A stretch of 64,000 nt of DNA from Ramazzottius varieornatus (taxonomy: Eukaryota > Animalia > Tardigrada). Both the position numbers and the translations under genes were made by a program. The notes under the pieces are model-generated. The model had not been told where the DNA came from and made no database searches. It saw only the letters and a list, made by a program, of their open reading frames with translations. Where the stretch lies: the NCBI GenBank assembly GCA_001949185.1, contig BDGG01000011.1, forward strand, positions 641,552 to 705,551, written 5' to 3'. Each line of letters opens with the position of its first letter. Positions within the stretch are counted from its first letter, which is position 1. Of this stretch, positions 36,501 to 49,454 are shown in pieces.

Positions 36501-39500
36501 GGATCAAATGTTTGTTTGTTTTTGGGAGCTCTGTGGACGAACTCGACAATATCGTTCCTGGAAGTGGCGCGCATGTTAAGTGTTATTGGCTAGAAGCGTG
36601 CGCCACTTACGAACGATCTGGTCGAGTTTTGTTTTCTTCAGTGGCGCACGCTTGCACTGCCACTGACTGGAAGAGTGCGCCGCTGCTGATACATGATCTT
36701 GCCGAATTTGTTTGCTTATAATATCACAGCGAGGTGTAATGGGATATAGACACACATGCACCCGTGTTTACGTGTGGCGGATAATAATACTCTATGGCCC
36801 TTTTGTTGATCGTGGGCAAATATACGAGATTCACTGCTGGAGAATGATAGTGGTGCGTCTGTGGGGGGATATTTGATCTGCAGATTAGCCTTTCCTTCAT
36901 TACAGTCCTCTCACCCATTGCGCGGAATGCGCAATTCGTCATATGTAATAACTCATCATTCTCTTTCCTTCTGTCTTTGCAGTCAAGGAATTCCTGGAAC
37001 AAGCTAAAGAGGCCTTCGAAGAAAAATGGAAATCGGGAGCAAAGGTTGGTTTTATTTCTTGGTATAAAGAAAAACCAAATTTACACCACAGGTGCGCTCA
37101 TTAACGTCACGGTAGCGCTGTCGTAAATAGTATCGAAGAAGAGAAGTCATTCATTTGATACAGTATCTGTGGTCGAAGATGATTGAGGAAAGGTGGGATG
37201 GGAAAAATGGATCGATAGTTTGATAACGAGACTTTGAGAACTGCATGGATTTGTTCATCCACTGGAACGGGAAGGGAAGGAATAACAAAAAGAAATGTGT
37301 ATGTCTGAGTCTCTGAGACATTTTGCCGGCGCGGTGGAGGAACGGAGCTTTGGCGCCATCTGGCCTGGCCAAGCCAGGCCAGCCAAATGATCGATTTCTT
37401 CTTAACATGCATGCTCATTACTTTCATCTGTCTGAGCTGCCTGGGCTTCCAATCTGGCCGGAAGGTCTATGGTGGCACAACTTGGTGGCGTTGATGGCCG
37501 GCACTGTGTGTACTGTAATGCTAATGATTGAGTTCTGCCGTTGTAGAATACAGCGGCGTTAGAAGACTTCGAGCGGATCAAGACGTTGGGGACGGGCTCC
37601 TTCGGACGTGTCATGCTTGTTAAACACAAGAAGACTTCCGAGCATTATGCCATGAAAATACTCGACAAGCAAAAGGTAACGCCCAGCTTTTCTATCCGAA
37701 CTTAAGTCGTCACTGGGAAGTCAGCAAAATAATTCGACGGGATTGTTTCCTTTAAGTGGCGCACGTTACCACTGGTACTGCATGCGAGCGTACGCTACTT
37801 GGAGAAGACGATCTCGTGGAGTTTCCCAAGTCTCGCACGTTTGCAGTGTCATTGGCCGACAGCTTGCGCCACTTGGGAAAAGTGACCTTACCATGTTTTG
37901 TCACGTGGCGCACATTTTTAATGTTTTTGGCCGAAGTTGTGCGCCACTTGGGACGACGATCTTGCTGTTTTGTTGGCTGAGGTCCCACTTCGTTTTACAT
38001 GCTTTTCGCTCTGTATTCAAGGGAGTTGAAGAGCTGATGAGTGCATGTTGTGGTTGCAGGTTGTCAAGTTGAAGCAGGTGGAGCACACACTGAATGAGAA
38101 GCGTATTCTTCAGGCCATTTCTTTCCCCTTCCTCGTCCAGCTCGATTACCACTTTAAAGTATGTGCGCCGGCTTGTTTTCCCATATCGAAAACTCTTCTT
38201 TAACGTTAACGTGTCCTGTCTTTGTTGTAGGATAATTCCAATTTGTACATGGTCTTGGAGTTTGTTCAAGGTGGAGAGATGTTTTCGCATTTACGCCGCA
38301 TCGGTCGTTTCAGGTAAGCTAAGGCCCATGGTATTCGATGTGCATGTCATGGCATAACATGTGACATGACGAATGTGTCCGTTACAGTGAGGCGCATGCA
38401 CGCTTTTATGCTGCTCAGATAGTTCTCGCATTCGAGTATCTTCATTCGTTGGACTTAATTTATCGGGACTTAAAGCCTGAAAATCTGCTCATTGATTCAA
38501 CGGGATACGTCAAGATTACTGACTTTGGCTTTGCCAAACGCGTCAAAGGACGGACATGTAAGTCAGTCTTGATCACTCTTTCCTTCCTCGGACCTCAACA
38601 CCTCAATGGACACCTTCTTGTCATCCTCTAGGGACCTTATGTGGCACACCCGAATATCTAGCACCTGAAATCATCCTCAGCAAGGTACAGAATACATGTT
38701 CTGTATTCAGTCGTTTGATCATATCCTCCTGCCGCCATAGAGTTCGCTGTGACTTTCGAGCACAATGTTCGTTGTTCTAGGGTTACAACAAAGCTGTAGA
38801 CTGGTGGGCGTTAGGTAAGGACCTCGATTTCATTCCTGACCTCCAACGAGTTAGCTAGTTCCAACTTGAGCATTGGTGTTTTGTAGGCGTGCTGGTTTAT
38901 GAAATGTCGGCGGGTTATCCGCCCTTCTTTGCCGACCAGCCTATCCAAATTTATGAGAAGATTGTTTCGGGAAAGGTTAGTCAAATTTCCAACTTCCACG
39001 TTTCTTCTGACCAACTTCCTATTTTAACACTCTGCGTACGACCGTCCTCTTTGTGTATACAATCACTCAGTTTAATTCACCTCCCAGTTTTAGCTTTTGG
39101 TCTTTCGGGTCTGGGTCTTTTTGTTTCCATGTACCTCGGTCTTCTCACCAAAGCAACACTGATGACCAGCGGTCAGCAGAGCCCCAGCACGCTGGAAATT
39201 TTTTCTACGGTTTCGGGTGGTTTTGGTGAAATTCGGTGTTTCGTCTCTTCGCGCGAGACACGTGCACGGTATTCGCTTAGAAAAAACTGGAGCACTGGGA
39301 ACAGTCTTATCTATCGAAGCCGAGCCTGGGATAAATTTTGTAGTCATCAGTGCGGTCAGAACAAAATCAAGACAACCAGTGCTCCCTTTTGAGATTTGGC
39401 GTTCATGGCCTGCCAATTATCCGAATTTTGAAATTTCGAAAATTACCTATTGGTTGGACCAGTCTCCGCAACATGGTACCAGCCAATAAAAATCCTGTAT

Positions 39501-41035
39501 ACACAAAGAGGACGGTAGTATTCTGCAAACATGAAAACGATCGTGCTGAAAGTGTTGAAATCTCGGCAAAAACATTCAGGGGATCGTTATCCGAAGTAGC
39601 GCACATTGCCAGCCAACAGCACTGAAAACTCGCGCCACTTGGGAAAACCTGGGAAGATGGTCTTCGAAGTGGCGCTTGCTTCCAGCCAATAAGGCTGAAA
39701 CTGTGCGCCACTCTGGAAAATTATCTTGACCAGTCTGCTTGTCGAGTCCTTCCGCCCAGATGGAGGAAGTGTTCTAAACTCGGTGTTGTGTGGTGTTGCA
39801 GGTGAGATACCCTTCGCACTTTACGTCGGATCTAAAGGACCTCTTGCGCAATTTGCTGCAAGTGGACCTGACCAAACGCTTTGGCAACCTCAAGAATGGG
39901 GTTAACGATATCAAGCAACAAAAATGGTTCGCCTCAACCGACTGGATAGCCATCTACCAAAAGAAGGTTCGTGTACCCGCCATGCTATTTCATATGAGTC
40001 TTACCGGAAGACCCAGTGAACGCTTCTGCTTTGCACCCGCTGCGCTTTGCTCAGTCAAGACGTTTAAGTTTGCTGCTCCTTGTGTTTGCTTTTATCCCTA
40101 TGGGCACACTTTAGGAACAAGCGCCGCTGTTACCTGCCATTCTCTCCCCGACCGACACTCACCACTACGACCCCTACGTCAATCAAAATGAGGAGACGAC
40201 CCACGTGTCCACTTCCCCCACTGAACTACACCGCGACCTCTTTGAGAGCTTCTAGAGGTCCCATGTTCCTCCGCGGTTCCTCCATTGCGCTTTCGCCACA
40301 GTATGCACCCATTACGTTTAACCACACAGCTTTTAAACTCACCTGCACGCATGCGACTAACCACAAACCTGCACTGATACCTTGTCTTGTGGTCTGCACT
40401 AACACGCATGGTACCGCCCTTTTTTTATTCTTGGTACTTCATTTTTTAAGTTATATCATTTTTATCTGTCGATTTATTCTTTTCGAAACAAAGCTGTCAA
40501 TTTGTTTGCTCGCGAGTCGCATTTGCCTTTTTTCTACGGATATTGGGCGCTCGGCAAGCAAATCCGACAAGATGGTTTTTCCCAAGTGACGCGCATTGCC
40601 AGTGTCATTAGCTTGCAGCGTACGTCACTTAGGGAGACGACATTGTCCAGTTCTATCAAGTGACGCAAGGTTTCAGTGTTGTTAACTGGAATCGTGCGCC
40701 AGTTAGGAAAAACGATCTTATGAGCTTGATCGCCGAGCACAGTGTGACAGGGCCGTGCACGACACGAACCTGTTCGAGATTTTGGGCCAGATATCCTACA
40801 GAAAAGATCGAATTCAGATCAACGGGTGAAGATACTCATGGCTTTGAAGTTTGATCGCGAGCGGTTCCACGTGATTGTATGGCCAATGAATGGGTTTTGT
40901 GTGTTACAGGTTGAAGCACCGTTCCTTCCCAAAACAAAGGGTGCCGGTGATACCAGTAATTTTGATGAATACGAAGAAGAGCCGCTGAGGATATCTGCCA
41001 CTGAGAAATGCTCCAAGGAATTTGCTGACTTCTGA
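30538..41035 (+). CDS. Pka-C1: cAMP-dependent protein kinase catalytic subunit
   Basis: Exon 1 (30538-30583) is [15 protein letters not shown], a myristoylation-type start. After a 6.4-kb intron: [57 protein letters not shown]|GVLVYEM. Last exon 40910-41035 [20 protein letters not shown]. Confidence 0.98.
37712..37988. mobile_element. Three-unit foldback element (PKA intron)
   Basis: Cores start at about 37753, 37827 and 37902. Termini are ACTGGGAAGTCAGCAAA and TTGGCTGAGGTCCCA. Confidence 0.8.
40115..40255 (+). CDS. Alternative C-terminal exon of PKA-C (not in the ORF track)
   Basis: Acceptor TTTAG at 40110-40114 is in phase with the donor after 39966. Encodes [46 protein letters not shown], which aligns to the canonical tail and ends in FxxF. 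Confidence 0.75.
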   Translation, partial: EQAPLLPAILSPTDTHHYDPYVNQNEETTHVSTSPTELHRDLFESF

Positions 41036-41494
41036 ACAAGTACTGCTGATATTCTTCCTCTTCTTTTTCTTCTTCGTGAACGAACCAATCTCACCTTTGA
41101 CACAGCAAAGGAGAATAAGAGAGCTTTTACCGCATCTATCAAGCTGTACAAAAGATTTTTTCGCGCGCTTCATAGATTTTCATCCTTTTATGCACCATGT
41201 TATATCCAGTTATGCTTTTCCTTCTAGATTTTACGTGCATGCTTTGATCAAGGAATGTCGTACTGTTGTATTTTTATCAGTGGCAAGTACACTTCTTTGA
41301 AATGGTTTTAGCTTGTTTAAAGTTTTACAACAGATTCTTTCGTCAGTTTTAAATTTTAGCTCACAAAATGCAAATTGTTGAAGAATGAAGAACATAGTGT
41401 TACAAAACTATTACAGTCAGTCTAACTAAAGATTATTTCGACGGACAAAAGCTCATCTGAAACTGTTGGATAGAGTAGGAAGGACAAGATCTGC

Positions 41495-42984
41495 CTACGC
41501 TGTAGTGTCTGTAATCGCGAGGAACTCAGGCTGTATAGGAAGTCGGGTCGAAGTGTAACCGTTGATTCCGTAAGCTTTGAGGCGGTAGATGAAGTGCTCC
41601 ATCAGGTACATGCCGGCTGCCGAAACGTTATGGAACGTGATGGCGGTGTCCGCACAACAGTCCAGGTAATCACCATCGTGGTACTTGAAGTAACCTTGGA
41701 ACTACCACACGGAAACATGTCACTTCGAATTTTAAGAAAAAGTGGGACGTTGAAAAATATGGTTAGAGCATGATCGTTTATCAAGTGGCGCATGCTTCCG
41801 ATGTTGTTGGTCAAAAACGTGCGCCACTTGGAAAAGGATGCTGTCGAGTTTTCCCAAATGGCGCAGGTTTGCTACGTGAATAGCCATGCGACACTGGGGA
41901 AAACGATCAAGTCCTTTGTCGAACGTCCAGGTGTGATAGTGCTTACATCTTTCCTCTTGACGTCCGACAGTCGCATATGCCAGATAGCGTTGAAGGGGAA
42001 GAAGCGAGCCCGACCATAACTATCCCGTGTATCCTGAATGGTGATGCCGATTTTGACTAAGCAAGTACCAATCTCCACATCTTCAAAACCACCACTGTCA
42101 GAGCGACAGACGTTCTTGTTCAGTCCGTCATCCACAAAGCGCTGTACCGCTTTCCGGCTCAGAACGTATCCCGCACCACCCGAAGCGTAACCTGAGAAAG
42201 TAAGCACAGCTATAATCATGGGGGTGCGTAAAGGTGAAAAGACAAGACCTTCAGCGAGAAATTCCTTGAAATGATAGCCGAGATACACTTCCTTGTTGGA
42301 CGAATAGTTGGTCAGCAGCAAACGCAAATTCTCCACGATGACATCGGTATCGTCGTCGGCTTTGAGGAACCAGTCGTACTGTTCCGACGAAGTGTTGTAT
42401 ACATACCTGCAGTCAAAAGATCTGTACCATTAGTCAAGAACGATCAGAGACCCAAGCCACCACACTCGACTAAAGCGTTCTTCAAGTGGCGCGCGCCTCT
42501 TACCGATAAACCTGTAAACGTGCGTCACTTGCGAAAACTCGAACAGAGCCTTTTCCAAGTGGCGCATGATGTCAGCCATAAACTCTAAAGACGTGCGTCC
42601 CTTTGGCGAACTGGGCAACGTCGTCTTTCAAGTGGCGCACGCCGTCAACCACTAACACTGAATACATGCGCCACTAGGGCAGATAATCCCGTCGAGTTCG
42701 TTTGTCGAGCTCCCATTTGAGTACTCTCCGACTACTTACCGGAAGCCGAATTTGGTTTTGCCCCACAAAGATTCCCTTCCCTCGCCCACTCTAGCATCAA
42801 TGGTAGGGATCGACAAGTTTGTTTGGGAGCTGACAAAGATGAAGCCATTACAGCGCTGGGTATGGCGAACCAGGATGCTTTCTAGGACCACGCGGAAGGT
42901 GAAGAAAAGGAAGGCGCTGTTGAGGAAACCCAAGCAGAAGGAAAAAAGAATGTGGATGCATGCGTGACTACGGGCTTTACGCAT
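41495..42984 (-). CDS. C1GALT1: Core 1 beta-1,3-galactosyltransferase (GT31)-like, apparently lacking the first catalytic-domain segment
   Basis: TM anchor, then QRCNGFIFVSS, GEGRESLWGKTK, DWFLKADDDTDVIVENLR, YLGYHFK, GYASGGAGYVLSRKAV, EDVEIGTCL, DTRDSYGRARFFPF, DCCADTAITFHNV..MYLMEHFIYRLKAYG. Confidence 0.85.
42460..42715. mobile_element. Three-unit foldback element (C1GALT1-like intron)
   Basis: CAAGTGGCGC at 42483, 42556 and 42629, an exact 73-bp period. Right terminus is GTTTGTCGAGCTCCCA. Confidence 0.85.
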
Positions 42985-44793
42985 CTCAAAGCGCAAGAAG
43001 CCGCCGGGATGGAGCCGTATGCCCGTTGATATCTTGCCGCGCACCCACTGCGCCAACCGTCGAATAAGCCGTCCCACCTTGGCTGACTTCACCGTCTAAC
43101 CCCGAGCCTGAGCGACACCTGATCGGCATCGCTTCCGTCCAACGACGCGCTCTCCCGCTAAATCATCCTTGTCCAGCAATCAGATAGCCTATCAACTGCT
43201 GAGAAAAGATAAATTTCCGGTTTTAAAAAAAGAAACGACTTCTATGATGGACAACATGTGCATCACCTTTACGGTTGCACCAATGAAGAGTTTCGACCTG
43301 CATCGTCCTCCTGTGGTCTGGTGTACCGTATGCATGCATCGCGGCGCAGGACAGCCTCACTTCCAGGTTACCACATTTCGACTGGTCGTCCTGGATACGC
43401 TAGCGTCTTTGCTTCGAAATAATAAGATTATATAAAAACACATTTTTTGTACATGTACTGTACTGTACGATCAGAGTGGGAAGTTTGAGCTGGGGCAGAA
43501 CAAGTTGCAGAAACTTTTCGCTTGCACCTCTTTCACTATTTCGTTTTCTGGATTAACGTCCTCTGGCTAAAGAAATTATTTGGTATTCCGACTGCTCAAA
43601 TATTGTCCCATTTGATCATCGCCGCGAAGCTTTTGATTTCGACCTACATAATTTTTGCAAATCATTTTCGAAACATTCTACCGGATAAACCGACCCGCAT
43701 ACTGCGCCACTTTAGCACGGTTAACAAGTTTAAACTGTTCTCGTCTATCAGACTCACTGCAACCAATCAACGGGGGTCTGCCTAGTTGCCCCAAGCTGTT
43801 AGGTATCAATATGCGGACATTGCCGAGCCCTGTCTGGATCGGATTCTTCGTGACTTTAGCAGAACTTGCCTCTAGTCTATGTGTTTCATGATGTTTCCCA
43901 TCTGGCTACCATTTCAATCAAAGTGTCTCGCAGAAAATATAACCAGGCGTTTGAAAGCAGAGGTTCTAAAGTCCCCTCTTCAATGTTTCGAAAGTTTTGA
44001 AAGCGCAGGCTAGCACAAGAAAAACAGTTTCACTATGATTTGAAAATTTTTCAAAATTTCAGCGTCGACATCGCCATTTTTGCTAAGCTCAAGAGACAGA
44101 ACTGAATATTCTGAAGCGGATTTTGAGGACAAGACTTTCTACCATACTGCTGAGAAAAGATAGGAGAGATGGGACGTCGGCAAAATGAAACGGCACGAAC
44201 AGGGACGCGCCTACAGCGGGCGCGAGATGGTTCGACGCACGGCAAGTGTGCCCGCCCCCAAAAGTTACGGATTGTATTTCTACAATGGTGCCTCTTCTGT
44301 GATACCCCTACCTCGGGCCAAGTGTCCCAGATATCCTCGTTCGCTTTGCAAAAAATTTTCAAAGTCAGTCGTGAATAAAACGGACAGGTCATAGTGAATC
44401 ACCTCATAATCTCGCCAAAATCTATTGATATGCTGCTAGAAAAATACTGCTCATAACGTTAGTTCTTAAGAAGCTTCTATATGAGTTTCAAGAAATGGAC
44501 ACGAACGGCTCGGGTCGAAAAGGAACGGAAACATCTTTGCTGTGACCTTGAATATTCCGAACGGACGCGTAGAGCTGTCGTTACTACCGGAAACCTAATT
44601 TCCTTCGTATCCAAGCGATGTCCTGTCCCTCGTCGATTTTCTCATCTTTAGCGCTTGCGAAAACCGGCTGGATTAAAAAGAACGCCGAACATTCGAGGCC
44701 GCTTTTTTTAGCTTGCTGAATAAAGAAGACCTTAGCTTCACGTGTGTTTTTGTGGTATTACCAAGCCTATTTATTCCCGCCCTTCTTTTGAAG

Positions 44794-44988
44794 ATGATTG
44801 GAACAGTGCGCAAGTTGGTGGCAGTAGCCCTGTGCCTGATGCTCGTCATGCAAGAACAAGGCCTGCTGGTTTCAGCCCAGGCTGCCACCACCGCTAAACC
44901 AAGTGGCGCAGAGGGCATCGCCAGCAGCCTAGTCATCCTCTCGCTGCCCATCACCTACTTCTTCGCCAAATGCCTTCTCGCCTTATAA
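44794..44988 (+). CDS. 64-aa putative GPI-anchored micropeptide precursor
   Basis: MIGTVRKLVAVALCLMLVMQEQGLLVSA-QAATTAKPS-GAEGIASSLVILSLPITYFFAKCLLAL reads as signal peptide, short Thr/Ala core, and small-residue omega site plus hydrophobic C-terminus. A splice acceptor (TTTTGAAG) sits immediately before the ATG. Confidence 0.55.
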   Translation: MIGTVRKLVAVALCLMLVMQEQGLLVSAQAATTAKPSGAEGIASSLVILSLPITYFFAKCLLAL

Positions 44989-45383
44989 GGAGGACTATCC
45001 GGTAGCAAGAGGCTGTCACGAACACCAGCCAGCACTACCATCTTTCGGGGTTTTCTGTCAGAGACCTATGTAGCTACGTAATTTACCATCTGAAGACCGC
45101 AGTCAACTTTTGGTTTGACGCCCTGTGTGTATGATTGTTGAGCGATTTGAGTGAATGCAGTGGGAAATGGTGATGATTCGCCAGTAAACGCCCCTAATGC
45201 ACCTCCTTTCCCGCCTCTGTGTTTCCGATTCGTTGCGAAGAGAGAACTTTCGTCTGGTCCGTTAGGGTTCCCAAGGTCTCTCCAACATATCGTACAGTGT
45301 CAAATAACACGTAAGGACTCTCAATCAGCACCATTAGGAAGCCTAAGGGCGCCAGATCGGAACAGTACTCTTACCCTCATTCT

Positions 45384-45575
45384 TGAGCTCGGCCGATAAA
45401 CTCGACAAGATGGTTGTTTGAAATGGCGCACTGTTTCAGCCAACAGTACTGACAGTATGCGCTACTTGTGAAAGTCGACAAGACTGGTTTCTCAAGTGGC
45501 GCACGTTTTCGATGCTATTGGCTAGGAGGGTGCGCCATTAACCAAAAACGACCTTGACAAGTTTTTCTACCTCGG
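45384..45575. mobile_element. Two-unit foldback element, intergenic
   Basis: Terminus GAGCTCGGCCGATAAACTCGACAAGATGG, followed by two dyads whose inner spacers point in opposite directions. Confidence 0.75.
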
Positions 45576-45917
45576 TGCATGTTCTTCAGATTAAATAGCG
45601 GTGGAAAATACCGACATTTCCGCTTGTGAATCACCGCTGCATCATATACCGCCAAAAGGGGTAATCTCCCTGGAGCGCATCATCACTGGCTATATATTGC
45701 CAAATCGATAAATTTTATTGGGAGTATTACAAACTAAGTTCAACTGACAGGTCCGATGCATCCGAACTCGATCTTTAGTAAGGATTATTTTTTAAGGATA
45801 TTCAGGAGCTTGGAAAAACTTTCACCGTACCATTTCCTTTCCGGTTTAAAAAAGTCAGCTCAGAACTAAGCTCACTTGCTTGGAAAGTGTGCTAACCAGG
45901 CGCAGGTACCAATAAGC

Positions 45918-48900
45918 TCAGGACATACTGGGTGGGAGGCCACAGACTTCACAGGCATCTCTTGGTCCAGTATTGACGAAGGTGCAGTGCGGACAGTTCC
46001 ACTCGTTAGAGTCGACTTCCGACGAGTCCGACTGGTGCCCGTTGGTGGCTCGCCAAGAGGTAGAAGGTCCTTGGTCGACACTCGATCGTTTCCCACTTTC
46101 ACTTCCGGCCATGGTCTTGACTGTCGTCCAGAAGGTGCTGTTGGTCATCCACGCATCTAGAATTTCGCTGCTCCTTTCCTGGATGGCGGCAACCAGGATA
46201 TCCAAATCCTCATCCTACGAACCAAATATACAGAGTGAACACTACATCCTCTCATAAGAAAACCGATCGAAAATTTGTGGCCGTTCAATCATTTCTGCCG
46301 TTTTCCTACGAAATATTCATAACTAATCACTGCCAAGGTCGTGCCCAGCACATCCTTGACAGACGTATTCCTAGAAAAGGGGCGAAATTCATCTCACTGC
46401 GTATAACAACTCCCCACGATTTTACTGTACAAGCTGAAGTTAATCGGTACCTGAAGGGTGACACTTTCCAAAGTGGCCATGAAGACTAAGAGGTGAAAGT
46501 CCGACATGGCATCCACCAGCTGAGCTTTGGAGAACTGAGAAACGTACTTGATCAAGGTCATGATATCCTGAAAAAAAGCTCCCGTTACGAACTCAGGGAC
46601 AAAGAGAGGTCTAGAAGGAAGGCATACCTGATTCTGATCGAGACGATTCTCGACCGGGAAGGCCTGTTTGCCCTTGGTAACTTGGGTGGAGCGGAAGGTG
46701 TAGTGGGGCTCTTTGGGCATGGAGGCCGGGACGTCGACAATGGCATACTCTACCGGCAGGGGACGGGCCACACTGGTCACTTCGTTGCCATACTTGTCCT
46801 TCTCCTTGTAGAAGACATCGGGGACATACTGAGCAGTACTGGACTCTCTGACGTAGGCTAGGTCGGGGGCGTCGTAGGTAGGCACCAGACAGCTGTCTCG
46901 CACCAGCGACATGCACTGGTTCGACACTTGATAGCCCTCAAAGTGAATCTGACTATCTTTGTCACCTGCAAATAACCGAGTAACGATGGGAAATCCAAAC
47001 AGGTCCTAAGCCCAATCGTGGGTAGCTTTCTAGGAGCGCAAAGACAAACACAACAAGTGGCGTGTGCTACTGTCCAATCGCACAGTAAGCATGCGCCACT
47101 TGCGAGGACCAACAAGGTGGTTTTTCCATTTGACGCATGCGATTGGCTAATGAAACTGGCAAAGTGCGCCACTTGGAAAAACACTTTCTTGAGTCTGTGT
47201 GCGTGCAGAGGTCCCGTTTCGTGCCCTTTTCCATCTATCAACTGTCAAGCTGTGTCGAGCGCGACTCTGACAGGAAATCTCGTACGAAAGGGGGGAAATT
47301 TCCTTCGACGTCCGTATCATACTCCATGACTGAAAGGCACCACGTACCGGTAACGACCACCGTGACGAACTTGGACCCAAACTGTCCGCTCTTGGACAAT
47401 TTACAGGGATTTGGGTGCTGACTTTGAAAGAAGGCGGCGGTGATGCATTCTTCCGCCGTCAGAAAGTATGTGTCCTGCAACATGGACACAATTGTCAGCC
47501 GAAAATGAGCGTAAGAGGGACAAGCAAAAGAGGCCATACCTTGTTTCGCAGATACTTGACCGTGCCTTTGCGAACATCTTCGGCTAGTAAGTCGGTGAAG
47601 ATCCATCCGACGCGACGCAGCCCCAGCTTCATGGCCACACAATCCACCACTTCGGCGTGGGTATCCTCCTGGAGCATCACACCATTCTCCGAATCCACCT
47701 GCAAACAAAACCGACGTTTCGATTTCAGGCCATTTCTGCCGGACAAATCTACTGTTACCTGTGGAGGTTCGTAGATGGCTGCCACAGTGGCACGAATTCC
47801 TAGAGGCACATCTTTGTGCTGCTCATACTTTCCGTAAAGGAAACCAATACGCTGTAGACCGGTGCGACGGTAGTGATCCAAGAACCGCTCCACCAGATCC
47901 GCATTCTCAAAACTGATGTTGTCCACATGACGATAACGCTATGATATTCGGTATAGATGTCACTGCAGAGTTACCTCAAAATTGCCACAAAACTATTCGG
48001 TCTCCCTTTCTTACCTGTCGATTCAGAGTGACCGCACTGGGTTGGCACTTGGTGCAAATGCCTTCGGGCCAAGGCAGATGCGTCGTACAACCCGGCTTGA
48101 TCCGACAGGATGTCTCATTTAATGCAGCAAACTTCCCTCTGAAAGAATATCATTCGTCAATTGGGAGCTCGGCAAAAAAAGTTTTCAACTGGCGCACTTA
48201 GTGCTTTTGGGTGAAAGCGTGCGCCACTTGAGAGAACAATCTTGTCGACATCGTTTGCCAAAATGTCAATTTATCGCAAATCCACAACTTTGTTTTAAGT
48301 CAGCTACAAAGTGGGATGTTGACTCTTACTTGTTTGCCCCGCTCGTTAGCTTGCGGATGTAAGAATGGAAAGACATGTGCTTGATGGGTGGCTCGCGACT
48401 TTGGAGGTATGACTCGTCGAACGGCTCGATGGGGATACAGTAAAGACATTTTCCAGAAGGACCATGCTTACACCTGTGTCAAGGACCAAAAGTTAGCTAC
48501 AGAGTGCTGAGAAAAAGGACGAAAGTCTTACAGTCGCTCGTCTTTGGGACGTTGAATGGATCCATCTTGTGTCCACAAGGACTGGTCGACTTCGTCTTCG
48601 GCCACATCCGACTGCGCCGGGGCACTCTCCGTGTAGTAACGACCCGACTCCGACATCATGGAACTATTCAGTGGCGTTGCGCTGCTATCCCTCTCCACGC
48701 CAGGCAGGCTGACAGCGCTGCCGAAGGACGAGTTGGTTCGACGACGAGCCATCTCCAGTGGTGACTTGGTATCATCCACATCCATCCGTCCGCCGGCCAG
48801 TATGTCCAAATACAGCAGGTCGCCATGCCTGAGCAACAAACAAAACAAACAAAACAGATTATACGATGTAATCACTAAACTGGCAAGAAAATACAGAAGG

Positions 48901-49454
48901 AAAAACAAAACGGCAAACAGAGCCAGATCTCTTTCCAAGTGGCGCACCCTTTAGGTGTTATCGGCGGGAAGCCTGCGCCATTTGATAAAACGATCCTCCC
49001 AAGTTGATTTCCGAACTGGCGCACGCTGCCATTGTTATTGGCTGAAAGCGTGCGCCACTTGAAAGCAGACTTACTTCAGTCCGCTCTGCTTGACTGTCCG
49101 TGCACTGGAAAACAGCTGTGTTGTTTTGCTACGGTCCTGGAAGAGTCGCCATGTTGTGGCGTCGGGGGCCAGGTTGAAGGTTTCGGCAACCTACTCGAAG
49201 GATTGAGGACAGAGTTCGAAGTTATAGGAAAAATTTCTGCAACGATAGATCAGCTCAAGCTTACGATGCGCAGCAGAGCGTCAATGGTGGTGTTTTCCGA
49301 CACTTCCACACGTTTTGTTCCCTCCGAAGACTGAATCCTCAGTAACTACAACAAGAGAAGGATCAGAAGCTAGGAATAATCACTCATACAGTAATACGAA
49401 CACGACCCGCAGAACATTATTGGGATTTACCAGCTTCTGACCGTGCGACGCCAT
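45918..49454 (-). CDS. NPLOC4: Nuclear protein localization protein 4 (p97/VCP cofactor)
   Basis: [14 protein letters not shown] ubiquitin-like start, [104 protein letters not shown]-terminal [20 protein letters not shown]. Confidence 0.97.

Noticed and set aside
39071-39230. Possible degenerate duplicate PKA exon (FNSPPSFS...)
   Set aside because: Similarity to VRYPSHFT is limited to a few residues and the rest does not align.
42460-42715. Repeat-spacer arrays read as CRISPR
   Set aside because: The spacers are homologous to each other, the repeats alternate in orientation, arrays have only 1-3 units, they lie in spliceosomal introns, and no cas genes are present.
44029-44398. Short inverted repeats (TTCACTATGA/TCATAGTGAA; also GGAGCACTGG/CCAGTGCTCC at 39289-39385) as a second MITE family
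   Set aside because: Only 10-bp matches, single copies, and no clear target-site duplication. They could be chance.
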